From: Cenococcum geophilum | Taxonomy: Eukaryota | Direction of reading: 5' to 3' | DNA: 64,000 bases | Assembly (NCBI GenBank): GCA_050273025.1 | Contig: CP158636.1 | Span: 6,758,001-6,822,000 of the forward strand | Shown here: positions 39,250 to 52,300 of the stretch, in pieces | Layout of the letters: each line of letters starts with the position of its first letter | Numbering within the stretch: the stretch's first letter is position 1 | Notes under the pieces: generated by a model | The model's database searches: none | What the model saw: only the letters and a program-made list of their open reading frames with translations | What the model was told of the DNA's origin: nothing | Position numbers and translations under genes: made by a program

Positions 39250-41560
39250 ATTTTTTTTCCTATTTATAATTTATCGCCGTCTTTAGTATTAAGTAACTGC
39301 AGCCGTCCTTCGTTCTAGTTTCCACTAATACTAATATTACTATTTAGGTCATTAAGCTCTATTAATGGTCCTAAAGTATTTCCTAAAGTATTATATATAA
39401 AATTGCCCTCAGGCAATGGCGGCAGTGGCGGCAGTAGCAACCCTTACGGCTTTCTGGTTTTAATTATAGCCCTATCTTTTTAAGCCTTATTCTACCTTTT
39501 ATTAATATTAATATTGGTCTAGCTTTCCTAAATAGCGCTTTTGTTGCTAGTAGTAGTAGATGCCATAGGGAACGCCTTACTAACCCGGAAATCCAAGTCC
39601 TTCACTAAGTTCTTTAGGCCCAATTCCCACTCTATCTATCCTAGTACAGGCTTAAGCTCCCAATTTAGGAACATTAGCTTCCGTTATTTCCTACATACAA
39701 TTAGGCAACAGTCCCACTCATTAACAACCTCCTCCACATCCTTATTTATATTTCTTATAAGCGCCAAGCGACGTTTCTTTACTATTTCGGTAATACTGTT
39801 TATAAATGTCCCTATATCCGCCGATTCCCCGAAATAGCAACCACTATTCTTAAGGCAGAAATCCTTAAGATTTATAGTCTAGGTCTTAGGCGTAACTAGC
39901 TAAAGAACACTAAAGCGGCTAGTATATATATCTCCTGCGCATTCTATACACCATTGCACAAATTTGGCTATACATTCCTTGTCCTTTAGAACGTCTATCC
40001 AACAGTACCTAAAACCGTAAACAAGTCGAATTAAGAAAACTGAGATATATTCGCCGCCCCTAGACTTCATCTACCTAATCTCTCTAATATCTATAAGCTA
40101 GGCAGTAGCGCTCTCTCTCTACAGCAAAATAGATTTACGCACAACAATATTATCATTAGTCTCTTTAGTAACAGTGCAATATTGCCAGGTTCTCTCTTAA
40201 CCAGCTTATACTCCTAAAGCGCGGCCTACAGCTTTAAGAGTTTCCTAATACGCAATAGCCCGAAGTTCTTCCATCTGGTATATAAGGTCATTAATTATTT
40301 AGGCCTGCTAGGAGCCTATAAGTTCTCTACTCTTTAGCTAGGCTTAGGTTTTCTTAAGTTTAGATTTAAGGTTAACAATTTTATATTACAACATTTTTGC
40401 TTTATCAGCATTTACCTCCGCCTTAAGGTTAGGATTTAGCAGTTAAACCGTTTGGTTATAAAGTTGCTATACTTTAGTCTGCAGCTAGGCTAGCCTATTT
40501 GTTAATTAAGTAATCTATTTATTTTTAGCACGGTCCTATATAGTTATTAAATTAGCCTAAACTTCTCTATCTAGGGATTGAATAATAGTTTAGACACCAA
40601 AATCCTGCATTTATACTCTTCTTATTTAAAGCTTAGATATTAGTTCATCTTTCTCTCTTTTTTAGGCTATAAGTTGGGCTTATAGTCCGCCATTTTCTGC
40701 TTTAAAGCTTGCTCTAAGTTAATTTATTTTAGCCTCTAGCTGGGCTTATATATTCCTTAATTAAGTAATATATTTATCTTTAGCACGGTCCTATACAGTT
40801 AACAAATTAACTTAAACTTCTATATCCTGGGATTAAATAATAGTTTAAACGCTTACTTTGTTTTTTTAGAGCTTAAAGGTTAATTCGTCTTTTTCTATTT
40901 TCTAGGTTACTAGCTAGACCTATAGCTTAGAATTTTCTGCTTTAAAGAATGCGGTCTGTTTAATATATCCCTCTAATAATTACCTTTACTTCGCTAATTC
41001 TGTGTTTAAAGCTTCTTTATATCTTATTATTAACTCTATTTTTTTCTTTAGCAGGAAAATAGTCTCTTATAGGTTTAGCGCACTAATATCTTCATTAAAG
41101 TAATAACTTATAAAATCATTAATATTATTAGAATTTTCAAGTTCACTAATCCGAATTTGCTGATTTTGGATTTTTATCTCCGCTTCCCCTAATTTAGCCT
41201 TTTCTCGTTAGATATCTTATGCTGCGTCTTAATAGAGTCTTTTAAGATCTCTGACCTTATTTTATAGCTGCCGATTCTTATCTCTCTCTATAGTTAAGTC
41301 CTGTTTATACTATCTTCTTATATCTCCCTTAGAATCTCTCTCTTCCTATAACTCTCCTTTTAGGCTTTTAATCTCAGCACGTAACTAACGCTTAATATCC
41401 TTAAGCTATTCCACCTTTTAGGCTAATAAGTCTCTTTATAATACAGCTAGAGGAGCTCTAAGGACATAGTTAGCGTTAGTATACCCACGGAAAGAAGTTA
41501 ACATTTCCGGGAAATTAAACTTTAAATTATTAATAAGTATTTAGATTTTAATATCCAACG
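39250..41560 (-). pseudogene. Long coiled-coil protein with an internal ~80-85-aa duplication (possibly the C-terminal extension of the DUF3723 gene)
   Basis: The minus frame is E/K/Q/L-rich. The block tttagcacggtcctata...gggatt.aataatagttta recurs at ~40524 and ~40779 (255-bp offset), and ttttctgctttaaag recurs at ~40693 and ~40933. Confidence 0.55.
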
Positions 41561-41579
41561 CCTTACCTATTAAGTACTA

Positions 41580-43487
41580 CTTTTAAGAAAGCTATAACAC
41601 AAGTCACGCTTAATATAAAATAAAGTTATTTTAGTGCCTTAAATATAGTCTATAAAGAAGATTAATGGAATAAATAAGGAGGACTGATCCTTAATATAGT
41701 CATCCTTAAAAGGTCGGCCACAGCGACAATCGCTAAGTAACTTTGCCTTAGAGGTGAACTAAGGAAGCTGTTGTTCTCTATAGGAATGCTTTATTAACTT
41801 TAGTACTTACGTGACCTAAGACATAGGTTTACTAATATTATCCCCATAACCAGGCTTTGCTTACTTAAGAAAATGGATAGCGAGTTCCTTATTAGGATTC
41901 TATTTCTATAGTTTAAGGGCCTAATTTATACAAAAACCTAAAATAACAGCAAGATTTCCTAGTTTATGCTAAAGAGCTGGATTTAGCTCTTTAATAACAG
42001 GTTTTTATTTACCCTACTCCTTTTTAGGGGCCACAGACGTTATCTTAGGAAAATGACGCATGTAAAACGCCTATAGTGTAACATAACCCAACCATCTGTC
42101 CCCCTTAAATGTTATTAGGGATAGCGGTGTTATCTAATCCTCTAGATATTTAATATTAAGATTTTTAGGACGAAAATAGACAGCTAAAAAGCCACGCTAA
42201 ATGGTACGTTTTTAATTAGAGCCTAGGAGTTATTTAAGGATAGTACAGCAAGGTTTAAGATACTTTAAATTTTCGAAATAACTACGTAAAGTAGAAATTA
42301 AGTAAGGAACTAATAAAATATTCTTAAGAAGCGTATCTCTCTTATAGGAGTCTATAATAGTAGGAAATATTATTTTTAATTATATCTAACTTTTAATAGA
42401 AATCCGGTTTCTTTTAGAGATAGTAGGTACGTAAAACTCCAGTTTCTATAACGTAAGGGCATTAACAGCAGAAAATAAGATGTTTAAAGTTTCACGGGGT
42501 AGAATAGTTTTACGGCCTAGAATAGTTTTACGGCCTAGAATTTAATTCCAGATAATTAAAATATACTTAAGAGAATTAAGGATCTCCTAAATATGCATAA
42601 GTAAAAGTATATATACAGTTTAGAAACATACCTCGTTATACTTTAAACCTAAAAAACGATATAGAGTGCCTAGCTAAATTAGGTAAAAGAGTTCCAGTAT
42701 ATTATTAAGTGCGTAAAATACATCTTAAAAGCGCTTGTTCTTCAATAGCTGCCATAAATCTTTCTCTTTTGTAGCTATAAGCTGACTCCGCTATCGGTTC
42801 TCCGATTTATTATCATTTCTTTAACGATAATATAAGATCTTATAAAATATTTCTCCATCTAAAAAGGGCTGCTCATTTCTAAAGGCCTCTATAATATTTA
42901 TTAAAGCGTTTAAAGAGAGTTTTAGAAATCATGTTAGACACTTATAGGGGGTATAAATATCAAAACTTACGCTTAGAGTAAAGCTTAATAGTCCACCATT
43001 AATTATTTAGATCCAGAACTTACTCAGCAGCACGGATACAGTGTAATCTATTAAGGCAATTAACTTAGGTTATAGGAAGGTAGGGAATCTTTATAGTGTC
43101 TTCCTTTTAATAAAGTATATTCTTATCAATACTAGAGACCCTAAGGGCATCCACAAGTGCGTTATTATCTATAATAGCCTTAATAAAATGTTCCTTAGTT
43201 AATCGGTTGTAACTAGTTCTCTTAAAAATATTTTTTAAAACTATAACTTTTTTTTTGGACGGCCTACAATAATATTTACGCGCTAAAGGATGCCCGAAAT
43301 TAAGTGCCCTAAGGTTAATCTTTGCAACCCCTCTAAAATACTACGCTTTAATAGCTGCGAAGTCTTTATCTAGCGTGTCTATTGCCGTCACCTCTTCTTC
43401 TAAGTGCAGTATAAGCTGCAAAAAATCTTAAAAGTAGTTATAATATAAGCCTAGTTTATAAAAGATCGGAAGAGGGCAAAATGTCAT
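41580..43487 (-). pseudogene. DUF3723 family protein (Starship-associated auxiliary gene), RIP-inactivated
   Basis: Minus strand: VNCLNRLHCIRAAE*VLDLNN*WWTIKLY; EAFRNEQPFLDGEIFYKI; NR*RSQL..KEKDLWQLL; LGTLYRFLGLKYNE/EILNSLKYILIIW; LISTLRSYFENLKYLKPCCTILK; CRCGRPFKDDYIKDQSSLFI...ITLFYIKRD. These match the ordered DUF3723 motifs CLHGxHR, WWxVxLY, SDGEI, CDEE, IPSLxTFFENxKYLEP and RRCGRP. Confidence 0.85.
42495..42542. repeat. 18-bp in-frame tandem repeat inside DUF3723 (ILGRKT)
   Basis: tagaatagttttacggcc occurs twice plus a partial copy. Confidence 0.85.
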
Positions 43488-43854
43488 CCACTACCCTAAA
43501 AACCGCGTATATCTAAAAGTATAAAAGATTTAGGGTTTAAGGATCCCGGAATTCGGTTTCTTAAATCTAGATTTTAATTTTTCCGATCCGGCATCGCTAA
43601 ACTGGATCCCAAATTCGTTTTCTAGAAAATTGACTAAGCACTACCTCTAATAGTGTGTCAATTCTCCTATATTTAAGGCATAGTTCATTAGACTATGCTA
43701 AGGAAGCGGTTATAGAGAGTAGCTTATACGCCAGAATATAAGACAACTAGTCAATAGTTCGCCAAGCCAAGTAGTGCCACGCACGTCTTTTAAATCTTCT
43801 AGCCCTTATTAATAGCCGCATAGATATTTATATCGGAATAACATAAGTACAGAT

Positions 43855-43886
43855 CCGTCTCCGTCTCCGTCTCCGTCTCCGTCTCC
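43855..43886. repeat. (CCGTCT)5 microsatellite
   Basis: Read directly from the sequence. Confidence 0.95.
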
Positions 43887-44029
43887 CTTAGAGCTCCTAC
43901 TATACATTTCTTACGTTATCGTTATTATAATAGATCATCTTCAAAACCAAGGAAATGGTAAGAAAGTGTCTTAACTTATATCCTATAACCAAATTATATA
44001 CTTATTAAGTAATAGATCAGACTTCCATA

Positions 44030-44443
44030 ATAGAGTCTCCTAAATACACTTATAAGGATCCGGGCTTATTACAACCAGAAGATTCTAAATTTAATACTAA
44101 CTCTAGCTCTAAAGAGGAAACCAACATTCTAGAAAATGCTATAGAGGTACCTTCACGCCTACGAAAAAAGAAAGTAAATAAGTCTAACGGGCAGTTCCAA
44201 TGCACAGTTAAGGGGTACGCCTCCCGTTTTATAGCAATAACTTCCCTCCTAAGACATACCCGCTACCTAGTAACGGCAGAACCGCCGTATACTCTCTACG
44301 CTGCCTACCATAATTAGCTAAAGAATCGTTATTATACAGCCTATAAAAAGCAATACAAAACTTCAAAAACAATTAGTTAATATTATAAAAGCCAGCACCT
44401 AGATAAATACGAAAACCTAATAGAAGTAAAGATCCCACCGTAA
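44030..44443 (+). pseudogene. C2H2 zinc-finger protein (two fingers)
   Basis: FQCTVKGYASRFIAITSLLRHTR and RYYTAYKKQYKTSKTIS*YYKSQH give C-x4-C...H and C-x2-C...H-x4-H once TAY codons are reverted to TGY/CAY. The gene may continue to ~45300. Confidence 0.65.
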
Positions 44444-44445
44444 AA

Positions 44446-44700
44446 GTTTTAGCTAGCAAAGCCCTAGCCAGTAAAGCCCTAGCCTATAAATCTTTGGCCA
44501 AAAAATCTCTAACCGCTAAAGCCCTAGCTAGCAAAGCCTTAGCTAATAAATCCTCAGCTAGCAAAACCTTAACTAGAAAATCCCTAGCTAACAGAGCCCT
44601 AGTTAGTAAAGCATTAGCTAGTAAAGCCTTAGTTAGAAAGCCCTTAGCTAAAGGAGCCTTAGCTAGAAAATACTTAGCTAGTAGAGCCTTAGTTAAGATA
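44446..44700. repeat. 15-bp minisatellite, about 17 copies (aaagccctagctagc)
   Basis: Periodic aaagccctagccagt / aaagccctagctagc / aaatccctagctaac units. Confidence 0.9.
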
Positions 44701-47415
44701 TACGTATTTAAAATAACCCACTCTTTTATTTACTAATATTAATCTATTAATTAGTAATATATAAGCAATCTTTAACCTCTATTTAAGAGAAGCGTCTACT
44801 AAGCTCTTTAACTGCCTTAGATAGTAGCGCTATTTCTACTAGCAGCCGAAATCATGAGGTTTTCTCGCAAGACCAATACTTTCTTAGTACTAGGCTTGAT
44901 TTCAATTACTCTCTACTTTAAGGTAACTAGGTCTCTAATAGTTTTAATATAAACCTACAAACCGCGAAACGCTAAAGACGTAATAAAAGCTATAAGCCGG
45001 CTCCTATCCTACCTAGTATACAGTACGCCATAGCTAATAGGTACTAGTACTTTATAGCTCCTTACCAATTTTAGATAGCCAAGCTCAGAAGCACCTAAAT
45101 TTAAAAGCCTTAAGTAAACCTACTTCCTTAACAGATAAACAGCCTATCGCCCTTAGGGAACTTAATTAAGATGCCGAAGCACTCCTAAATACAGAGATTT
45201 AAATAATAGGTCTAGGTTACTCCTTAAATCACATAGGAGAGGCCCTACCGCAGAGATACATTTTAGAATCTCACCATTTATCGCCATAGTAAAGCTTATC
45301 TATTAACCCTCAATATAAAGCCACCAGATTCCCTATTATAGTATAACAGCTCTTAAAATTTTACAGTGCAAAGTTCAATTACTCTAAGGCTCTAGAGTTA
45401 GTTTTTCTGTAGCCTATTAAGGGAGAATACCCAACAATAGCTCTAGGTAAGGGTATGACAGTAGCATTTTCAATGGGATTTACTTTTAATTTACTACAGT
45501 ATACAGAATTAAATCCAACAGAAAAACCGCACTAAAGGATTCCCAAAAAGCATAAAACTTCTCTCTACGCGAACTATAGCCCAGCCTATTTTTCCTAGGC
45601 CTATAGCAATTAAATTATACAGGAATACTACTACGGCTTCTTCCTCGCTTTATTTCCTTATAAAGACCATAAAAATACTATTATCTGTAACCAAATTATT
45701 ATTGCCAACCATATCATTTATATCTATTTTAACCTTTACTTCATACTTTATATTTCTTAGCAAATATATATCTCCATAAGTTATAATAGGAATTACTAAG
45801 TTAGAGGCTTTCTCCTCGAGCTTCTTATCAGATAGATCCTCAACACCTTTTTCTATAATCTCTACTGTTTATATATAATAGTAGAATGTCTTTTACTACC
45901 TTATTTTAGGATGCCGTCTATAGGTTAAAGGACGCAGGTATAAATTTATAGCCAGAAGAGGGAGAGCTAATAAGCCAGAGTTAGAATATAGCCCTATATA
46001 TAAACTTCTTCGCTTAAATATACTTAGTTTGCTCTTTACCTATTATAACTATTTTATAGAAACATAAAGCAAGTTAGATATTAGAATAGGTTACGATAGA
46101 GAGTAAGTAGTTCTGTAAAGAAAAAAGGACATAAAAATATTGGCGCCCAACACGTGAATTCCCGTTTTGGAAGGTGGGGCTATATAGTACCCCACTACAA
46201 CGGAAATTGCGTCATCACTATTCTAGTCAAAAGCAAGCATTAATCACGCATAGCTATGTTAACGTTTAGCCACCCACTTTGGAGGTAATTCGAACTAATC
46301 ACATACAGTTTCTATTAAAATCAATTTAAATAAAGGCAATAGCCCCTAAGAATATAATGCCACAACTTTATATACCCAAGTCTTTACTCTCGGTCTTCGT
46401 TGTTTGGTTTCTAAATAACAAATTAACTTTTTTCACGTCGTCCAAGATAGTCCTTTCGGCCTAGACTAAGTATCTAATCGGCTAGTCTATCGGCTCGTTT
46501 AGTGTGTTCTTTATTGACTTCCTTTTTTAGAAGAGATTTATTAGCACAAAGATAGTAAATAAACACTACTTGTGCTTCGCCTTGCTCCTTAATACTAGGT
46601 AAAGTATGCGGTAGCTAAGAGTTACACAAAAATCTAGCTTAAGATTAAAACATTTAATATTAACTAGATTAAAGTAACACATATATATTACCTAGTTCTA
46701 TAATAAAGGTTGCCCTTTCTTCTGTTAGTTACTCTTAAGAACCTTTACCAATATCTATTATAAAGGCTACTTTATCGCCTAAAAAGGCCATACACCATAC
46801 TGCAGTAATTTTAGGATTTCCCTTAAATCGTGGGTCTTGGCCGAGTTTAGAGGATATTCTATCAAACTTATAAGGCAAATAGTCTATAATATAGAATAAC
46901 TTCTAAGTATAAAAGAGTATTAAACGGACAACCTATAAGTATATTAGCGTTTAATTAACTTTAAGAGAGTTAAAGGTTATAGGCTACATCATTAATAATA
47001 ATGTCCTCCCTAATAATATTACTCGGGGATTTATTCTTAATAACCCCTTTTAGGTAAAGGGCGCCTTCAGACTATAAAGTATATACGGCCTCGCTTAGAT
47101 TAGTTAGCAGAGAGAGCATCCGTCCAAGTCCGAGCGCCTATGTCTATATGCTCTGTATATCTATAGCTTGGTTACTAACGCGCTTATGCTAGTTTAAAAG
47201 TAAGGAGTTATCTCAGTGGGGCGTGGTTAAGTCACATGCGATATTAGGGTCGTCGCACATATTGTAGAAAATTTTAAGATGCTCCCCCCCTAGTGTTACC
47301 ACAGCCTAGAAGAAGCCGAGTAAAGAGGGAAATTTAGCTACAGGAGGCATATTTGTGGTCCGCTTCTTATAAATTATAAACAGACTACGTATACCCACTA
47401 CGTTCTAGTAGTCGC

Positions 47416-47426
47416 GAGAGCGAGAG

Positions 47427-47458
<32 letters not shown>

Positions 47459-47467
47459 AAAGAGAGA
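47416..47467. repeat. (GA)n microsatellite
   Basis: Read directly from the sequence. Confidence 0.95.
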
Positions 47468-49389
47468 AGGATAGGAAGTAGGGCAAAAAAGAGAAATAAC
47501 ATCTAATTAAACCTATATTTAAAATACTTTTTAAAAAGAGCAAGGCTTTAGGTACGCTCGCTAAGCCTACTACTAGGCTTCTAACCAGTTAAGCAGCAAG
47601 GCGTACTATACTACTAGTGATATTTTACCGCCATAAAATGTCTTTAACTAAAATATACGCTAATAGCTAAAATAGGAAATATACAAACTATTAAGAAATT
47701 AAAGCGCTATTTATATTAACTCGACAATATATTCGCGGGATAAATAATAAATAGGATATACAATGACTGCTCTTAGGTTGACTAAGAATAGCGGAGCATA
47801 AATACCTAATTATTTTAAGCTGCAAGTTGCCTTTTCGCCTTGAAATTTGGCGCCGTAGGTGCATATATATAACTTAAGTGGTAGTTTTAATATAGATTTG
47901 GAAACAAGCTCGCAGGACATAATTAATATAAGTATTAAGTTTAAAGTCAGATCGGATCAAATTAAAAGTGTGGCTTTTTTCATTACCTTATAAAGCCGAT
48001 TTCGCCTATAAAGATAGAAATTAATATAATTAAACTGGGGTTCTTAATAAGAAGGCGTAAGTAATTATCCGCTATAATAGAGCAAGTCTAAATTCGCCTA
48101 GTAATCGCTATAGGCCATTACGTAGAACACCTTGTTTCCATTATATATTCCCGCCTCCCTCTATTAAGAAAGTAGGTTAAAATCACGTAGCAGCTATAGG
48201 ATTATTTTTTATAATAGCGAATGCAATATTATACTAACTATAACTAATTACATGCCTAAAAGCTGCTCTATTAACGCTGTCTCGCCATAACTCTATAATT
48301 AGTCTTAAGCACAGTACCTTAGCCAAATAAAGCTTAGTTCTAGAAATCTAGTAATATAATAGGTGCTCTCACCTAAACCAGTGAAGAGTCCTCACCTATA
48401 AGACTTCTCTATAGGCGGCTTGCTTCTAATAGTCAAGATACTCTATACGCAGCTTCTAATTAAGACTCCGTGCTTATTTAATAGCTATCTTCTTCCATAT
48501 GTCCTACCCTTCAATTTTAGTATATACGAAATTAAGTAGGCTAATAGTTATCTTATTACCGCTTCCTTTAAATATAAGGAATTAATATCTCTAACCGAAA
48601 ATAGTTCTAAACGTTCTTTTGGTGTGTATTTAAATATAACCAAGTATATGTTATGGCTTAAGTTAAGCAGCTCCGAAGATGGCGAACTTCTAAATAAAAC
48701 GTCATCGACAATATAGATTTGCTAATGCACTTTCACTAATAAAAACCTATAAAGCTCTATTGTTAAGTCGGAGAATATTGTCGTAGGAAATATCTGGTAT
48801 ATATTTAGTCCAGGTTAATATTTAAGATCTGGTTTAGAATAATGTTAAGTCCCCTATACACAATTTAACATCTAAAATACCGAGGCGGGGAATATATATA
48901 TAACAGGGTTTAAAGTCTAAAGGTTAACATTTAAGGTTAGGGGATCTAGCCTAGGACAACAGATAGAGAAAATAAGTAAATTTAGAGCTTATAAGAGATA
49001 AGGTGCCTAAATTACTATATAAGGTACTAAAATAAGGGATAGCGGATTTTCCTAGTTAGCTAGGTTATAGGAATAAGGAGGTAGAGCGTTAGGGAGAGTA
49101 GGAAAAGAGTTATAATACCAGACTATTTAGAAAGATTACTTTAATATAGGCGTAAGATAAAGGAGAAAAGTAAAGTATAGTAGCTAAGAAACAAACGCCT
49201 AGCATATATAATCTCTATATATATCTAAAGCAGCTAAGGAGCTAGAGTAAGACTATACAATCTTAGTAACTATAACTTCTTCTATCCTAGGTTAGGGAGA
49301 GAGGTAATTCCTATATATAGACATAAACGAGCTATAAGGCTACTCTAGACTCAGAATGCGTAGCAAGTTTCATTTTGCCCATTATATAT

Positions 49390-49495
49390 AGGTCGCTGGC
49401 CACTATTTATAGGTCGCTGGCCACTGTATACAGGCCGCTGGCCACTATTTACAGGTTATTGGCCACTATGTGCAGGTCGCTGGCCACTATATACA
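49390..49495. repeat. 21-bp tandem repeat, 5 copies (aggtcgctggccactatttac), intergenic
   Basis: Five consecutive units, each carrying a tggcca palindromic core. Confidence 0.92.
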
Positions 49496-50840
49496 GTGAC
49501 TCACTAATAGAATAGACTAAAGCAACTTTTGAAAGCGAGGCTCCGATTTTAACTGCTAGTAGCAATAGCTTTAATTCATTAAGTCTATATCCAGCGCCTC
49601 CTATATATAGATCTTTTAGCGGGATCCGTGTTCCGCCTTAGGGCTAATTTCCACTTTTATATTATCTAACAGTTCTTAAGTTAATTATAAACAATATACT
49701 AAATATAGTAATTTATATATCGCATTAATAAAGTATAGAGAGAGCTAATATATAGCTAGTTTCGCCCGGTAATGCTAAGTATACATAGTTACCTTCTTAC
49801 TGCCCTAATTTCCTCTCTGCATTATCTTCTTGCGGCTCTTAAACTGTGCTCTAATTTGCCCTATCTGCTAGCCATTCACTCTTCGGCATAAATTGCTTCA
49901 TTTTAATCTCTAGCTTATTTACACCGGCTATCTATTCCTTTATCTACTATATCTAGCTACCTATTATACCGGCTTCCAAATCAGACCAAGATCTTAGCGC
50001 CTTAGTTAAGGAATCTCGCCCAGAAACTAATATAAGTCGACTATCATATCTAGAAGGCTACTAAAGGGCACCTTAACCCAACAACTTCTTCTAACTTTAG
50101 TATAAACTTCTTTAAGTTAATAACGTAGACAAATATAACGCGGAATATACCAGTTATAGAATAATATACTTTTTCACCCTAGAGGAACGGCATTTATTCT
50201 GTAATATTATAAAGAAAAATAAATCTAAATCGCTAGAGTACTTTCTCTACTTAAATAAGTTTTGTCTATCGCTATTTAATATTACTAAGACTATTAAACT
50301 TTAAGTAAGTTTAATCTTAAATATACTATAGCTACTCTAATTTAGCTATAGGAGAAAGCGAAAATAATTCTGTTAAGCTAGCGCGAACATATTAGGGAAA
50401 AGGGTATAAAGAATGCTAGACTGTTATAGGCACCGGAAATCATATAGTGATTTAACTCTACAGGTTATAGCGTTTATATTTATAGTAACTGCTTTTTATA
50501 CCATTTAGTAAAGTGTTTAGTAATAGATTCTAGTATACAATTATAATAAAATCCTTACACCCCTAAATTAGTCGGCTTGCGCCACTATAGAGAACCTAGT
50601 CCATATACCTAGAAGATCCACAACTAAAGTGCCCCTACGGCAGATAAGAATCTATACCTACCCTAGTCCACCTGCACAGTACCCCATTAGTTAGAGTAAA
50701 TACATTTACAGAATAACTCTCTCCTCTACCCTAATATTCTATAACCAACTTTACCTATTCTTACTATTAACAATCAACTAACTAAAAGCCTTAAAAATGG
50801 ATGTTAATAGTCTACTTTCCCTAAATCCAATAATACTATT

Positions 50841-51025
50841 GCCAGCGCCTAAGAAATTCACTCTACCAGATCTAACGTTTCTAACGCCTAATAGATTCAC
50901 TCTACCAGATCCATTAATGCTAGCGCCTAAGAGATTTACTCTACTAGATCCAATGTTTCCAGCGCCTAAGAGATTCACTCTACTAAATCTAACGGTTCTA
51001 GCACCTAAGAGATTCGTTTTACCAG
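50841..51025 (+). repeat. 33-bp coding tandem repeat (APKRFTLPDPM-like), about 5.5 copies
   Basis: ORF 50797-51090 shows PAPKKFTLPDL / TPNRFTLPDPL / APKRFTLLDPM / APKRFTLLNLT / APKRFVLPE. Confidence 0.9.
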
Positions 51026-51994
51026 AGATTTTGACGTTTATCTTTCCAGTCTCAACACTACCAACTAGCTGCGTAATACTAGATATTTAGAAGAAATACA
51101 CATTAAAAGTTTATACCTCTAGTGCTTCTCTCTAGTTACTTTACTAACACTTAACACAGTATAACCTAGCTAGCTCTAATCCTAATAGCTACAATCCTTC
51201 TATAAATATACCGCCTTTAAGACTAGACCCTTTACTCCCATTAAACTTAATTAGTTTAGCCCAGCCCGCACTAATATGCCTTTAGAACATATACGCGTTA
51301 GTAGTTTATACCACTAGTGCCCCTTTACTAATTACTTTATTAACGCTTAATACAGTATAACGTAACTAGATCTTCTAATAGCAGCACACCTCCCACTAGC
51401 GGGCATATATCGCTTAGCTCGCCTCTTACCAACAGCAGCCCTTCTACAGATACCCCATTACACAGTCAACTACGCGAAAAGCAGCGTTATAATAATACTT
51501 AGGATATGCGACGTAATAAACAAAGAAAAGGAAATATATAGGAGAAGAATATAAAGTTGCTTCCAGGCATAGCAGTAATAAAATATTAGAATTTTTGTCT
51601 AAGGGAGTGCAGTCCTTTACCGTCGCCAGTATTTAGCGATTCTGGCGTTATAACTAGCCACGAACCAATTATTACTAGTAATAGTCAATCCAGCGTTATA
51701 AGTAACAGTCAATCCAGTATTATAAGTAACAGTTAATCCAGCATCACCAGTAACAGTCCCCCGCTATCACCAGTATTTAGTAATTATAGCGTTACAACTA
51801 GCAGCGAATCTAGCATTAATAGTGTTAGCTAATATATTGTTAGCACCTCTGCTAGCCAGTTAAGCGCTACAGTTGGTAATTATTATAGTAATATTAGTGG
51901 CAACAGATCCGGTAGTCTAATGCCCCAGTATTGCTTACGTTTATATTATCCGCCCTTCCTAATGTTTATTATACTAAGACTTCCAAGAATGCTT

Positions 51995-52300
51995 CTATAA
52001 GCTACTATGGGGGGGTATTAAAACCTAGTTACTAAAAGCAATAGTTAATTACGGGTATAAATGGGATCAAATTTCAGAAACGTTTAAGATCAATAAGCGT
52101 GCTTATAAATATCGGTATTGCAACGCAACGCGAGGGCCTCATTATTGGCAAAGTTCGCTATAGCAAGAAGCTAAAGATAAATTCCTAGATAACTAAAGAG
52201 CAAAAGGCGTTACATTTAACGCAATTACTATAGGAATAGGATTACATATACCTTTATAATATATATCTAGATACTAGAGGTATAGGTTATATCTTAGTAA
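51995..52300 (+). pseudogene. Tandem Myb/SANT-like DNA-binding repeats, probably the C-terminus of a larger regulator starting near 50000
   Basis: LWGGIKT*LLKAIVNYGYKWDQISETFKINKRAYKYRY and L*QEAKDKFLDN*RAKGVTFNAITIGIG.....YISRY match the Myb pattern W..EE..L......G..W..I......C..RY twice. An upstream basic stretch REKQRYNNT*DMRRNKQRK (~51470-51530) is bZIP-like. Confidence 0.62.

Noticed and set aside
46141..46151. TGGCGCCCAAC resembling a tRNA-Lys primer-binding site
   Set aside because: Only an 11-nt match, not preceded by an LTR end (CA) and not followed by gag/pol; probably chance.
49390..49495. Possible CRISPR array (also considered for 31074-31279 and 62857-63072)
   Set aside because: Head-to-tail repeats without unique spacers, no cas genes, and a eukaryotic context.
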